Shown piece by piece: positions 36,146-46,900 of a stretch of DNA of 55,066 bases. Where the stretch lies: the NCBI GenBank assembly GCA_023247035.1, contig JAHFHG010000009.1:1-55066 (forward strand), given 5' to 3'. The number at the start of each line of letters is the position of its first letter. Position 1 is the stretch's first letter. Below the pieces are notes generated by a model. It worked only from the letters and a program-made list of their open reading frames with translations. It ran no database searches and was not told where the DNA came from. The DNA comes from Candidatus Omnitrophota bacterium (lineage in GTDB: Bacteria; Omnitrophota; Omnitrophia; Omnitrophales; Aquincolibacteriaceae). The translations under genes and the position numbers were made by a program.

Positions 36146-36721
36146 ATGCCGAAGCAGATTGATAAGGCGCCGCGCGCGCATCAAGTCATTAAAGAGTTCA
36201 AAAAGAAGGGCTTGATCCTCGTTAATACGGGCGACGGCAAAGGCAAAAGTACGGCGGCTTTCGGAACCGCGCTTCGTGCCTTGGGCCGCGGATACCGGGT
36301 CGCGATGGTCCAATTTATCAAGGGAAAGTGGAAAACGGGCGAGGTCGAAGCCGCTAAAACTTTCGGGGATCGGTTTGAAGTTTTTACGATCGGGGACGGC
36401 TTCACCTGGGACACGAAAAATTTCGAGCAGGATGTGAAGACCGCCGGGCGGGCGTGGGAAAAATGCAAAGAGATCCTGCACGATCAAGGGCATCAGCTGG
36501 TGATTTTCGATGAAATCAATTATGTCCTCAAATACAATTTCCTGGGAATTGCGGAAGTGGTTGAGGCATTAAAAAAAAAGCCGCCCTTCAAGCACGTGAT
36601 CCTTACGGGCGGGGGGGCGCCTCAGGAGCTTATCGAGGCCGCGGATCTTGTCACGGAAATGAAATGCATCAAACACCCTTACCAGCGGGGCATCAAGGCC
36701 CAGCCCGGGATTGAATATTGA
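36146..36721 (+). CDS. cobO: Cob(I)alamin adenosyltransferase
   Basis: TGDGKGKSTAAFG, QFIKG, FDEINY, ADLVTEM, KHPY...AQPGIEY. Confidence 0.95.
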   Translation: MPKQIDKAPRAHQVIKEFKKKGLILVNTGDGKGKSTAAFGTALRALGRGYRVAMVQFIKGKWKTGEVEAAKTFGDRFEVFTIGDGFTWDTKNFEQDVKTAGRAWEKCKEILHDQGHQLVIFDEINYVLKYNFLGIAEVVEALKKKPPFKHVILTGGGAPQELIEAADLVTEMKCIKHPYQRGIKAQPGIEY

Positions 36722-36726
36722 ACACA

Positions 36727-36832
36727 AAGCCCGAAATCCGAATATCGAAATCCGAAAAAGTCCCAAAGACTTAAGCGAGTCGTTTGAGTGATTAGGATTG
36801 GTTTCGAGTTTGAGGTTTTGCGTTTCGAATTT
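36727..36832. repeat. Intergenic inverted heptamer-repeat element (CGAAATC / GATTTCG type)
   Basis: CCGAAATCCGAATATCGAAATCCGAA on the left; GTTTCGAGTTTGAGGTTTTGCGTTTCGAATTT on the right. Confidence 0.6.
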
Positions 36833-36851
36833 TAGGAGACATTTTTTTAAA

Positions 36852-37409
36852 ATGCGCATTCTTATTACCGGAGGCATCCGGAGCGGAAAGAGCCGGTACG
36901 CGCTTGACCGCGCCCGCTCTTTATTTCCGGATGAGCCCAAGTGTTTCATTGCAACGGCCGAGCCCTGCGACGAAGAAATGAAGGGCCGCATTTTGCGTCA
37001 TCAAAAAGAACGGGGAAACGATTTTGCTACCCTTGAAGCGCCCCTTCATCTCGCGGAAGCCGTGGCTCAAGCCCGGCAGGAATTTCCAGTGATTGTGATC
37101 GATTGCCTGACCTTTTGGATCAATAATTTGCTTTTTCGATTATCCGGCGATCCGGGCCAAATCGATCATCAGATCCAATCCCTTTTGAAAGTCATAACAG
37201 ACAATCATGAAAAGACTTCATTGTTGATGGTCACCAATGAGGTGGGCTGGGGGATCGTCGGAGATCATCCATTGAATAGAAATTTTGCCGATCGCCTTGG
37301 GGCTTTCAATCAAGCGGCGGGACGATTGTGCGAGGAACTGATCCTTGTGGTTGCAGGTGTTCCCATCTCCATTCGAGGAGGAATCGAAATTGCCGAACTG
37401 GATTTGTGA
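36852..37409 (+). CDS. cobU: Adenosylcobinamide kinase / adenosylcobinamide-phosphate guanylyltransferase
   Basis: ITGGIRSGKS, EMKGRILRHQKER, IDCLTFW, VTNEVGWG. Start at ATG 36852. Confidence 0.93.
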   Translation: MRILITGGIRSGKSRYALDRARSLFPDEPKCFIATAEPCDEEMKGRILRHQKERGNDFATLEAPLHLAEAVAQARQEFPVIVIDCLTFWINNLLFRLSGDPGQIDHQIQSLLKVITDNHEKTSLLMVTNEVGWGIVGDHPLNRNFADRLGAFNQAAGRLCEELILVVAGVPISIRGGIEIAELDL

Positions 37410-38454
37410 GGTCAAAGAAATTTTGCCCTTGGAGCCGGGGTGGAGGCTCATCGCGCGCCAGAGGCTCAAGGAGCAGACAAGGCCTGAAGGCAGTCTCGGG
37501 CTTCTGGAAAGTTTTATCGAGAGGCTCGTTGCCATTCAAAAGAAGGAGCGGCCGGAGATCGAACGCAAACGCATCCTGATTTTTGCGGCCGACCACGGCG
37601 TGAGTGAAGAGGGAGTAAGCCTTTATCCCCGCGAAGTGACCAAGGCGATGGTCCGTAATTTTCTAAACGGCGGCGCAACCATCAATGCGCTTGCGCGTTA
37701 TATCCAGGCTGAAGTCTGTATTCTTGACGTGGGGGTTGACGCGGATTTCGAGGCTGACCCGCGGCTCCTGAGCGCGAAGGCGCGCGGCGGCACGCGGAAT
37801 ATGACTCGCGAGCCGGCGATGAGTCTGGAAGAGCTGGACCGCGCTTTGAATGCAGGCTGGGACGTTGTGCGGAAAGCCAAAGAGGAAGACGTGCAAATTT
37901 TAGCGCTGGGAGAAATGGGGATCGGAAATACAACCGCGGCAAGCGCTGTGGTTGCCGCCCTCACCGAACAAGATCCGGAGTCCGTGACGGGCCGGGGCAC
38001 GGGTTTGGACGAGGCCGGCCTCCTGCATAAAATCGAAGTGATCAAACGCGCCCTTCAATTGCACGAAGGATTTCTCAAGGATCCCTTGCGCGTTTTGCAG
38101 TGCGTCGGAGGCTATGAGATTGCCGCAATGACGGGGGCCGTTTTAGCTGCGGCGCGTTTTCAAATCCCCGCCGTGATTGACGGCTGGATTGTTTCTGCCG
38201 CGGCGCTGGCTGCTTCGCGTCTTAACGCGCGCGTCCTGGATTATCTTTTCTTTGCCCACCAGTCCGCAGAACGCGGGCACCGGCTTCTGCTCAAAATGCT
38301 TGAAGTCGAGCCGATCTTGAACCTTTCGATGCGGCTCGGCGAGGCAAGCGGCGCGGCATTGGCTTTGAGTATTTTAGAGGCAGGAATCCGGATTTATAAT
38401 GAAGTCAGCACTTTTGCCGAGGCCGGCGTGGCGAATCGTCAAAGTCGTGAGTGA
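37390..38454 (+). CDS. cobT: Nicotinate-nucleotide--dimethylbenzimidazole phosphoribosyltransferase
   Basis: GSLGLLE, FAADHGV, GEMGIGNTT, GRGTG, MRLGEASGA; TTG 37390 after GAGGAGG. Confidence 0.94.
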   Translation: MPNWICEVKEILPLEPGWRLIARQRLKEQTRPEGSLGLLESFIERLVAIQKKERPEIERKRILIFAADHGVSEEGVSLYPREVTKAMVRNFLNGGATINALARYIQAEVCILDVGVDADFEADPRLLSAKARGGTRNMTREPAMSLEELDRALNAGWDVVRKAKEEDVQILALGEMGIGNTTAASAVVAALTEQDPESVTGRGTGLDEAGLLHKIEVIKRALQLHEGFLKDPLRVLQCVGGYEIAAMTGAVLAAARFQIPAVIDGWIVSAAALAASRLNARVLDYLFFAHQSAERGHRLLLKMLEVEPILNLSMRLGEASGAALALSILEAGIRIYNEVSTFAEAGVANRQSRE

Positions 38455-38457
38455 AAA

Positions 38458-39204
38458 ATGTTTGCGGAATTGATCGAGGCCGTCCGTTTTTTGACGATTT
38501 TCCCTCTGCCTTCATCCCGTAAGAATCCGCCCGCCGCCCTTGCGCGAAGCATGTTTTTCTTTCCCCTGGTCGGCGCTTTGATCGGAGGGATTTGCCTTGT
38601 TTTATTTTTGGCCGCCCGATCCTTTTTTCCTCCTTCCATTGCGGTTTTAGGCCTGCTTATTGTTTCTACGGTGACGACCGGCGGCCTTCACCTTGACGGA
38701 TTCGGGGATTTCTGCGACGGCTTTTTCGGCGCCGGGGAACGGACGGAAATTTTGCGGATTATGAAAGATTCCCGGATCGGGGCTTTCGGCGCGGCAGGAG
38801 TCACGCTGCTTTTGCTTTCCAAATTTGAACTCCTCCAAGTGATCCTGCCTCATCAAGGAGGATTTTTTTTGCTTTCCCTCGCAGCCGCGCGCTGGGCGCA
38901 GGTCGTGTTGAGTTTTTTTCTCCCTTATGCCGGATCGCAAAACGGAATCGGAAGCCTTGCCGCAGGCGAGGTGGGAATCCGGGAGCTTTCGGGGGCGACC
39001 TTTTTCTTGGTTTTGGCGGTTTTGGCCTTCGGGAAAAGGGGCTTGATTATTTTTGCGGCGCTTCCGGTTTTTCTTTTTTTATTGGGTTATCTTTTCAAGA
39101 AAAGAATCGGCGGAATCACGGGAGATCTTTTAGGAGCCGCCAGCGAGCTTACGGAGATTTTTGTTTTGGTGTCCGCGGCAGGCCTGCCGGAGTTTGGAAA
39201 ATGA
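38458..39204 (+). CDS. cobS: Adenosylcobinamide-GDP ribazoletransferase (cobalamin synthase)
   Basis: FLTIFP, TGGLHLDGFGDFCDG, IMKDSRIGAFG, GGITGDLLGA. Confidence 0.94.
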   Translation: MFAELIEAVRFLTIFPLPSSRKNPPAALARSMFFFPLVGALIGGICLVLFLAARSFFPPSIAVLGLLIVSTVTTGGLHLDGFGDFCDGFFGAGERTEILRIMKDSRIGAFGAAGVTLLLLSKFELLQVILPHQGGFFLLSLAAARWAQVVLSFFLPYAGSQNGIGSLAAGEVGIRELSGATFFLVLAVLAFGKRGLIIFAALPVFLFLLGYLFKKRIGGITGDLLGAASELTEIFVLVSAAGLPEFGK

Positions 39205-40325
39205 TGAGTCTGCCGTCAAAGACGATAGAGCCGAAACACGGCGGCGACCTTCACTCTTTTTCAGAGCTTTTCCAAGTCAAAGAGGCGGGCGTTCTCGATT
39301 TTTCGAGCAATATCAATCCTTTAGGGATTTCAGAGTCCGCGCGCAGAGTTTATCTCGAATCGGCGGATGAATTAAAACGTTATCCGGATCCGCACGCGCG
39401 GGAATTTTGCCGCGAATTGACCCGCCATTTTCCTGTCCGGTATGAAAATCTGCTTGCCGGCAACGGATCAATCGCTTTGCTGAATCTTGCCATTGAGGCG
39501 CTTGCTCCGAAGCGGGCGCTCCTTGTGGAGCCTTGCTTTGTCGAGTACCGGCGGCTTCTTGAGCTTGAGGGCGTGAAGGTCCGAAGCCTGAAGCTCAAGG
39601 CCTCGGAGTCTTTTCGATTTAATTTATCCCGGATTTATGGAGCCCTCGAGGGGATGGATCTATTGATCCTAGGGCAGCCTAACAATCCAACCGGAACCGG
39701 CCTTGCGCGTCATGAACTTTTGGATTTGCTCGAAAGCGCGCGCCGCGCCGGGGTCTTTGTGATTGTGGATGAGGCCTTTGTGGATTGGCATCCTGAACTC
39801 TCCGTGTCGGATGAAGTTAAAGAGGACGGGGTTTTTTTAGTCCTCCGCTCCTTGACCAAGTTTTTTGGATTGGCCGGGATACGCGCCGGATTCGCAATCG
39901 GGCCGAGCCCGTGGATTGCAGCAATGAAGGCGCGCCAAGAGACGTGGTCTTTTAACCGAATTGCGCAAAAAATTTCGGTCGCCGTTTTACAAGACCGGGC
40001 GTTTCAGGAAAAGAGCCGTCAATGGTTCAGTCAAGAGACGGTTTGGTTTTATCATCAGCTGAAGTCTTTTCAATTTTTAAACGTATACCCGAGTCTCGCG
40101 AATTTTTTTCTCATTCAATTCAAGCAATCCAACGCCCCGTTCTGGGTGAGATTTCTTGCTCGTGAAGGAATCTGTGTAAGGGGGGCCGAGGATTTTCCGG
40201 GGCTGGATCATTCCTTTTTTCGTATCGCGGTCCGCTGGCGGCATGAGAATGAACGTCTGATCCGGACATTCGAGCAGTGGAAACAAAAAATAGGAATCCC
40301 CGCGGACTTGCCCGCGGCGCCTTAA
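39201..40325 (+). CDS. cobD: L-threonine-O-3-phosphate decarboxylase
   Basis: HGGD, DFSSNINPLG, PNNPTG, VDEAF, RSLTKFFGLAGIRAG. Confidence 0.9.
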   Translation: MMSLPSKTIEPKHGGDLHSFSELFQVKEAGVLDFSSNINPLGISESARRVYLESADELKRYPDPHAREFCRELTRHFPVRYENLLAGNGSIALLNLAIEALAPKRALLVEPCFVEYRRLLELEGVKVRSLKLKASESFRFNLSRIYGALEGMDLLILGQPNNPTGTGLARHELLDLLESARRAGVFVIVDEAFVDWHPELSVSDEVKEDGVFLVLRSLTKFFGLAGIRAGFAIGPSPWIAAMKARQETWSFNRIAQKISVAVLQDRAFQEKSRQWFSQETVWFYHQLKSFQFLNVYPSLANFFLIQFKQSNAPFWVRFLAREGICVRGAEDFPGLDHSFFRIAVRWRHENERLIRTFEQWKQKIGIPADLPAAP

Positions 40326-40359
40326 ACTCTTCTGCGCAGGCGGATAAAATTCTGAAAAG

Positions 40360-41319
40360 ATGCTCGCCATGATTTTCGCCTTCTTGCTGGATCTGGGCAT
40401 AGGAGATCCCGTTTATCCTTTCCATCCCGTCAGGATGATGGGAAAGGTGATTGAAAGAATGGAAGGAGCCCTGCGCCGGAGAATCCGGAATGAACGATTC
40501 GCCGGAGCCCTTTTGGCTTTGTCCCTTCCCGCGGTGGTTTTCGGCGGGGCTTGGGCCGTCATTTTCCTGCTCCAAAAGGTTCACCCGGCGCTTGCGTGGT
40601 TTATGAATCTCCTCGGCATTTATACGTCGATTTCGGTTTCTGATTTACGCAGCGAGGCTATGAAAATCTATCATGATTTGGGCCGCGGAGAGGTTGAAAA
40701 AGCGCGTATGGATTTATCACGGATCGTGGGCCGGGATACCGAAGCGCTGGATCAGAAGGGGATTCTAAGGGCTTCGATTGAGACCGTCGCCGAGAGCACG
40801 GTCGACGGTATTCTAGCCCCTTTGCTTTATGCCGCCGCCGGCGGGGCTCCGCTGGCGCTTGCTTATAAAGCGGTCAATACCCTGGATTCTATGATCGGCC
40901 ATTTAAACGAACGCTACCGCGATTTTGGTTTTATTGCCGCCAAACAGGATGAATTATGGAATTGGATTCCCGCGAGGATTTCTTATTATGGGATCGCCCT
41001 CGCCTCTTTTTTTATTCATCGCAAGGCAAAACAAGCGCTGGCCGCGGGCTGGCGAGACGGAATGGCCGCCGATCAGGGCAACAGCGCGATTCCCGAGGCT
41101 GCGTTTGCGGGTTCGCTTGGGCTCGAGCTCGGCGGGCCGAGCGCTTATCAAGGCCGCTTGGTCGCCAAGCCTTTTTTGGGTTTTCAAACGAAAAATGCGG
41201 ACCGTGAGGATCTTTTAAAAAGTATCCGGTTGATGATCGCGGTTTCCTGGATTGGTTTGTGTGCCGCCGTTCTCTTCAAGTATGCCCTCAGCCTGTGGGC
41301 CGCCTCATTTTTTAGATAA
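40360..41319 (+). CDS. cbiB: Adenosylcobinamide-phosphate synthase
   Basis: GDPVYPFHPV, IVGRDT, ESTVDG, YKAVNTLDSMIG, NWIPAR. Confidence 0.93.
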   Translation: MLAMIFAFLLDLGIGDPVYPFHPVRMMGKVIERMEGALRRRIRNERFAGALLALSLPAVVFGGAWAVIFLLQKVHPALAWFMNLLGIYTSISVSDLRSEAMKIYHDLGRGEVEKARMDLSRIVGRDTEALDQKGILRASIETVAESTVDGILAPLLYAAAGGAPLALAYKAVNTLDSMIGHLNERYRDFGFIAAKQDELWNWIPARISYYGIALASFFIHRKAKQALAAGWRDGMAADQGNSAIPEAAFAGSLGLELGGPSAYQGRLVAKPFLGFQTKNADREDLLKSIRLMIAVSWIGLCAAVLFKYALSLWAASFFR

Positions 41320-41334
41320 GCCGGGAGATCGTAT

Positions 41335-42048
41335 ATGGGAAACGAATGGATCACTACGGAAGAAAAGAAAGCGGTTTATAAGACCATTTACGCCCGCCGC
41401 GATGTAAGAAGTCTTTTTACTCCGGAGCCGATACCGTCTGAAACGCTGGCCCGCATCCTTTCCGCCGCCCACCACGCGGGTTCTGTGGGTTATATGCAGC
41501 CTTGGAATTTTATTCTTGTGGAGGATAAGGCGCTCCGCCGGAAAGTTAAAGAGGCTTTTTTGCGCGAACGAAATGAAGCGGCGGTGCTTTTTGACGACGA
41601 AAAACGAATTCAATATCTTTCCTTCAAGCTGGAAGGAATTCTCGAGGCGCCGACCAATCTTATCGTGACTTCGGAATCGTCGCGTTTCGGCCCCCAGGTC
41701 ATCGGCCGCCGCAGTATGCCGGAAACGGATATTTACAGCACCTGCTGTGCCATTCAAAATTTGTGGCTGGCGGCAAGGGCGGAGAATATCGGGGTGGGGT
41801 GGGTGAGCATTTTAAAGCGCGAAGAACTCCACGCGATTTTTCAAATCCCTTTGCCTATTAAAATTGTGGCCTACCTGTGCCTGGGCTTTGTGACTCATTT
41901 CCCAGCGGTGCCGGATCTGGAGCGCGCGGGGTGGGGAAAAAGGCTTCCGCTGGATCAGCTTGTCTTCTTTGACGCTTGGAAGGGGCCGCCGTCCGAACCG
42001 AGGCAGGATCTGGCCGCCTTTTTAAAAAATGGGAAATCGCTCCCGTGA
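41335..42048 (+). CDS. bluB: 5,6-dimethylbenzimidazole synthase (nitroreductase fold)
   Basis: RRDVR, AHHAGSVGYMQPWNF, LKLEGILEAP-like motif, YSTCCAIQNLWLAARAENIGVGWVS. Confidence 0.88.
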   Translation: MGNEWITTEEKKAVYKTIYARRDVRSLFTPEPIPSETLARILSAAHHAGSVGYMQPWNFILVEDKALRRKVKEAFLRERNEAAVLFDDEKRIQYLSFKLEGILEAPTNLIVTSESSRFGPQVIGRRSMPETDIYSTCCAIQNLWLAARAENIGVGWVSILKREELHAIFQIPLPIKIVAYLCLGFVTHFPAVPDLERAGWGKRLPLDQLVFFDAWKGPPSEPRQDLAAFLKNGKSLP

Positions 42049-42189
42049 TGAGGATCGAGCGAAGGGCGCGCCGGCCGGCTCATGGTTTCATTCCAAAGGC
42101 CGCAGTCGGAAAGCCGGCGTTCGTGCGCGACTGTGCAGCTTAAGTCTTTATGACTGGAAAAAACAACATTGCGGCAAAGGAGTGAAGGG

Positions 42190-42618
42190 ATGAGATTCAA
42201 TCTTACGATTTCGTCGAAGGAACGCCTGATAAGCTTAGGGCGGAACCTTGTTCTGGCCGCGCTCTTTTCAATTCTGTTTTCCGCCGATGCTGCGGCTATG
42301 GCGCGCAAGCCGCGCACCTTTCCCATTCATATAAAAGTGGATTTCGGCCCGGCCGGCAAGCCCTTGCACGAAGAAAAACTTTATGTGGAGAAGGGCACGA
42401 CGCCCAAGGAGGCCGTGTCGCAGGTTTTTCCCGTCCTTTCCGGCAAGGCGTGTTGCAGCCCCCGCGAGCTCATTGCGATTGACGGCGTCAAGATCGATCC
42501 CGCGAAAAACCGCTGGTGGACGTGCGTCCTCAACGGCTCAAAAAAATTTTCTCCTCAAAAGAAAAAGTTGAAATCCGGAGACCGGTTGGAATGGAAATAC
42601 GTCGAGGAAGCTCAATAA
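42190..42618 (+). CDS. Exported DUF4430 (transcobalamin beta-domain-like) protein
   Basis: Signal peptide; LIAIDGV...RWWTCVLNG...KLKSGDRLEWKY pattern. Confidence 0.7.
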   Translation: MRFNLTISSKERLISLGRNLVLAALFSILFSADAAAMARKPRTFPIHIKVDFGPAGKPLHEEKLYVEKGTTPKEAVSQVFPVLSGKACCSPRELIAIDGVKIDPAKNRWWTCVLNGSKKFSPQKKKLKSGDRLEWKYVEEAQ

Positions 42619-43292
42619 CTTTTTTATTTTTCGTGCTCGGCCTCGCCGCGCCCGGCATTAATTCAGCCTATGAAATCCAAGGCAGGGTGTCCGTGACTCC
42701 GCCCTACCCCGGGCTTAAGAAAATTCAGGTCAAGAAGAAACATCACGACGCTTGCGCCGGCGAGCAAATCTCACAGTCGCTTATCGTTTCCGAAAACGGC
42801 TTCGTCAAAAATGCGGTCGTCTCTTTAAAAGGAAATTTTGAAAAAAAAGCCGGGACAGATTTTGAAATTCCGGTGCTGGATCAGAAGGATTGCAATTTCC
42901 AACCTCATATTCTGATTGCGCCGGGCGGAAAACCCTTTCACGTCGCCAATTCAGACCCGATGGATCATGATGTGCGCATTTTTGACGAGGCGGATATGCT
43001 GCTGCGTTTTGAAATGGATGCTTATGATAAACCCGTAGAAAAGCAACTCCGAAAGGCGGGAACTTATGTGGTGCGCTGCGGCCTTCATCCCTGGATGCAC
43101 GCGTTTGTGGTAAGCGCCGAGCACCCTTATTACGCGGTTTCGGATCAGAACGGAGAGTTTCGCTTTACGGGAGTTCCGCCGGGCCGTTATCATTTGCACA
43201 TTTGGCACGAAACGCTCGGCGAGGGACAAATCCCGGTCGAGGTGGAAAAGGATATAAGCGAGATTTCGTATACGTTTCGACCCGTGGGATAG
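42591..43292 (+). CDS. Exported cupredoxin-like / carboxypeptidase-regulatory-like domain protein
   Basis: Signal peptide; LDQKDCNFQPH, NSDPMDHDV, RCGLHPWM, GVPPGRYHLHIWHE. Confidence 0.7.
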   Translation: MEIRRGSSITFLFFVLGLAAPGINSAYEIQGRVSVTPPYPGLKKIQVKKKHHDACAGEQISQSLIVSENGFVKNAVVSLKGNFEKKAGTDFEIPVLDQKDCNFQPHILIAPGGKPFHVANSDPMDHDVRIFDEADMLLRFEMDAYDKPVEKQLRKAGTYVVRCGLHPWMHAFVVSAEHPYYAVSDQNGEFRFTGVPPGRYHLHIWHETLGEGQIPVEVEKDISEISYTFRPVG

Positions 43293-43373
43293 AAAATTTT
43301 CAAGTCGCTTGACGTTTAGGAAACTTTAGATTTAAATACGCGGGCTCGCATCGCCGCGCCCAGGAGGCAATAC

Positions 43374-43898
43374 TTGCGAAATATTTTTTTTAAATCCGCC
43401 GTGTTATTTTTCTTTATCCCGGCATTTCATTTGACTGCGCTTGCTCAAGAACGGGTTGCGATCGAGGCAGGAGTGGAAGAAACAGCTTTTCTAAAGAACG
43501 AGGGACCGGCTGATTTTACCCAAAGCTTGAGTTCCGTCCCCGGATGGACCGTTCCCAATTCAGGCTTGCTTCGCATCAAAACCGGCGAGATTTTTACAGA
43601 AGGCGGGGACTATAACGGGATAACGCTTCCTCATTTAGTTTCTAACCCTCGCGTGATTCCTTATCCCCGGCGGGCGGTGCGTCAGGGCTGGGAAGGAGAG
43701 CTGGTCTTGGCGCTTGAAATTTTGGAAAACGGTTCGGTCGGGCGCTTCCGTGTCATGAAGAGTACGGGCCATAAACTTTTGGACGAGGCCGCGATCCAAG
43801 CGGTGCAGAGTTGGAAATTCTCTCCCGCAATTAAAAACGGCGAACCCTTCGCAACCTGCATTCAAATCCCCATTCTCTTTCAGCTTCAAAACGCATAA
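43374..43898 (+). CDS. tonB: TonB C-terminal domain protein
   Basis: YPRRAVRQGWEG, STGHKLLDEAAIQAVQSWKFSPA, IPILFQL. Confidence 0.8.
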   Translation: MRNIFFKSAVLFFFIPAFHLTALAQERVAIEAGVEETAFLKNEGPADFTQSLSSVPGWTVPNSGLLRIKTGEIFTEGGDYNGITLPHLVSNPRVIPYPRRAVRQGWEGELVLALEILENGSVGRFRVMKSTGHKLLDEAAIQAVQSWKFSPAIKNGEPFATCIQIPILFQLQNA

Positions 43899-43905
43899 CA
43901 AATTT

Positions 43906-46900
43906 TTAGCGGCACACATCGCCGGAATAGATCAAGACTAATCCCGGTTCATTAGGATTGACGATACCGAACCCCAGCGCAAATTCGCGGCTTCCGTCGC
44001 CGTCTATATCCCCCAGCGCGCTGATGCTCGGGCGGTTAAAAAATCTCACATTGGCATATTGGCCGCCGGCTTCAATACGGTAGAGCAATTGCCCGTTTTT
44101 TCCGGAATAAACATAGACAGGACACCGGCCATTTCCCAATAAACAAGGAGGATCACGGCTCAGGCTCGCCGCCGCGAAATCCGGATAAGAATCGCAATTG
44201 ATATCGCCGACCGCGCCCACTTTCGCGCCTAAGTGATCCTCCGCATCTCCAAAAACAGAAAGTAATTCTCTCCCGTCGCGGCCGGAAAAAACTGAAATCT
44301 TGCCGCCCTCTTTTCCTCCCGGCTCTGAAAATTCATAATCCTCTTCATAGGCTACGGCTAAATCAGGAATACCGTCGTGATTGACATCGCCAAGCCGGGC
44401 TAAAGAAGAAATAGAGGCTTTTTGGAGAGGGCCTGACTTTTGCTGCAGGAGCGGGTAAGGATCAGCGCCTGAGTAAATCTGATACATCGTCGTGAAATAT
44501 AAAGGATCCGCCGCCTGCACGCTCAATGCCAAATCATCGGCGCCGTCACGATTGATGTCGCCCGCATTCGCGATAGCCCGCTGCCAGCCCAGGATATTTC
44601 CCGTCAAAGGATCTATAAATTCATGAAGCACGCTTCCGTCGCGGCCGGAGAAAAGGTATATCTTTCGAGGGTCAGGTGAGGCCGGCAATTCAGCGGGAAC
44701 GGGTTCGTAAACCGCGACGTCACTAAAACCGTCGAAGTTGACGTCTCCCATCCCGAGCACATGATTGCCGAAATTTCCGTTTGGAACGCTGCCAAAAAAA
44801 GTACGCAGGAGGCTGCCGTCGGCTCCGGAAAATACTTGAGCCCTGCCGCCTACAGGCGAGGATATCCCCCGGGCCTGCCAAGCTCCCGCAATAAAGTCGG
44901 CAATTCCATCTCCGTTGACATCTCCCGCATTCGCGACGGACTCTCCAAAGTACGGCGGGAAAAAATTTTCCCATTGCCCGTAGACGGCATGAATCCGCGA
45001 GCCGTCCGCGCCGGAAAAAACGTAAGCAGCGCCTACGCGCTGATTCGGCTCCGAGGGCCATGCCTCAGAAGCTCCCACGATATAATCAGGTCTTCCGTCG
45101 CCATTGATGTCAGGCAGCGCATCAATGCCGTTTGAAGTTGTGCCGAGCCCAAAACGGTCATTGGCCTGATCGCCTCTTTGATCCCGCACATAAGGCAAAT
45201 TTCTAATGACCGCAGGTTTAATCCAGCCGATGGGCAGGCGGACGGCTTGTCTCATCGTCGCTTCTTTGATATGAAAGAAAAATTGAAAAGGGACGGGCGT
45301 GCGCGCATTGGAGTCGATCGCAAAATCGATTTCCAGGGTCCTTCGTTCCCCGGCCGCCATTGCCGGCAAAGAAAAACCGGGATTGAGGATTCGAATCGAG
45401 GGCGAAAGGTTCGAGATTTTGATTTGAATATTCGAAGCGCTAAGCCACATATTGTGGAGCGTGACCGCAGCCCTTCCTCTTTCTCCCGGATTCAGGCGTC
45501 CGTCCCCATTGCCTTGAATTTCTTGCACGGAATCAGGATCCAGGGAAAAAAATACGCGCCGCTCCTGTTGAAGCGCCTTCAAGGCATTCAGGCGGCCGTA
45601 TCCTGCAAACCGGTCGCGGCCCGGGTATCCGGCATCGTCTGCGGAAACTCGCAGCGCGTTTGCGAGGTCGGTCAGAGTAAATTGCGGCCGGTACGCCATC
45701 ACGAGAGCCGCGAGTCCCGAGGCGTAGGCCGCGGACATTGACGTTCCGGATTGGCGGACATAATTGCCCGCGACGATCCAATCCGGATCGCAAAAATAAG
45801 GGGAGCAAATGCCAGACTTCAAAGAGAGGATATTATTCTCAGGCCAGCGGTAGCGGGGGACGGGTGAAAAACGGCTGCCCCCTCCCGGCGCGACCGCATC
45901 CAAGAGCCAGCCGAAACCGCTGAAGACATCCATCATCTCGTCAATGGGATCGCTTGAGCCTACAACGAAAGGTTTGGGAGCGGTCATATTTTGCGGGCTG
46001 TAATCGGAGATATCCTCACCGATATTTCCGGAAGCGAAGACAAGCATAACGCCTAAACCGTAAGCGGTTCTCACGGCATCTTCCAAGAGGGCAATCGAAG
46101 GGCAGCCTTCCCGCCGGCAAATCCAGCTGCTATTAATGATATCCGCTCCATTTCTTGCGGCATAGAGAATCGCGGGCGCCACATCCGTCGCCCACCCGCC
46201 GCCTTCGCTATCCAGCGCTTTTACAGGCATGATGCGGGACCGCCAGGCCGCTCCGATCATGCCGAGTTCATTATTTCCTTCCGCCGCAATGATTCCCGAA
46301 ATATGCGTGCCGTGGCCGTGGTCGTCGATCGGATCATTGTCGTGATTGACAAAGTCCCAGCCGCGGATGTCATCCACAAATCCGTTTTGATCGTCGTCGA
46401 TCAGGTTATTAGGAATTTCCCCGGGATTTGTCCAAACGTTTTGATCGATATCCGGATGATTATAATCAAGCCCCGTATCCACCACAGCCACGACGATTCC
46501 CTGGCCTTGACTCAAATCCCAGGCGGGCTCCAAATTCATCCGGGCCGGCTTCAAGGCCCACAGATCTTCATATTGATGCCCCCACGAATTCGAAGAATTA
46601 AAAAAAGGATCATTCGGCCTCAATTGGACTTCCATTTTGTAATCCGGACTTACGGAATCAACGTATTCTTCCAAAGATTTTTGAACGGATTCCGCAGCCT
46701 GTTTCATATCCCCATTTTTATTCTTGAATTCAACGGTGACGTATTGCGTGAGGTCAGGAAGATCTTTGGTTTAGTCATTCGAAGCAGCGCGTTTTTGGCG
46801 AACGGGATTTTTTTGCTTCACGGCTTCTAAATCTTCATCATAAGCTGAAGAATCCCGCCACGGGAATACAGACCGCACTTCTTCGATTTCCCCAATTTTG

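Noticed and set aside
46771-46773. Selenocysteine/pyrrolysine recoding or alternative genetic code in the subtilase
   Set aside because: The stop is TAA, which terminates many other genes in the window normally.
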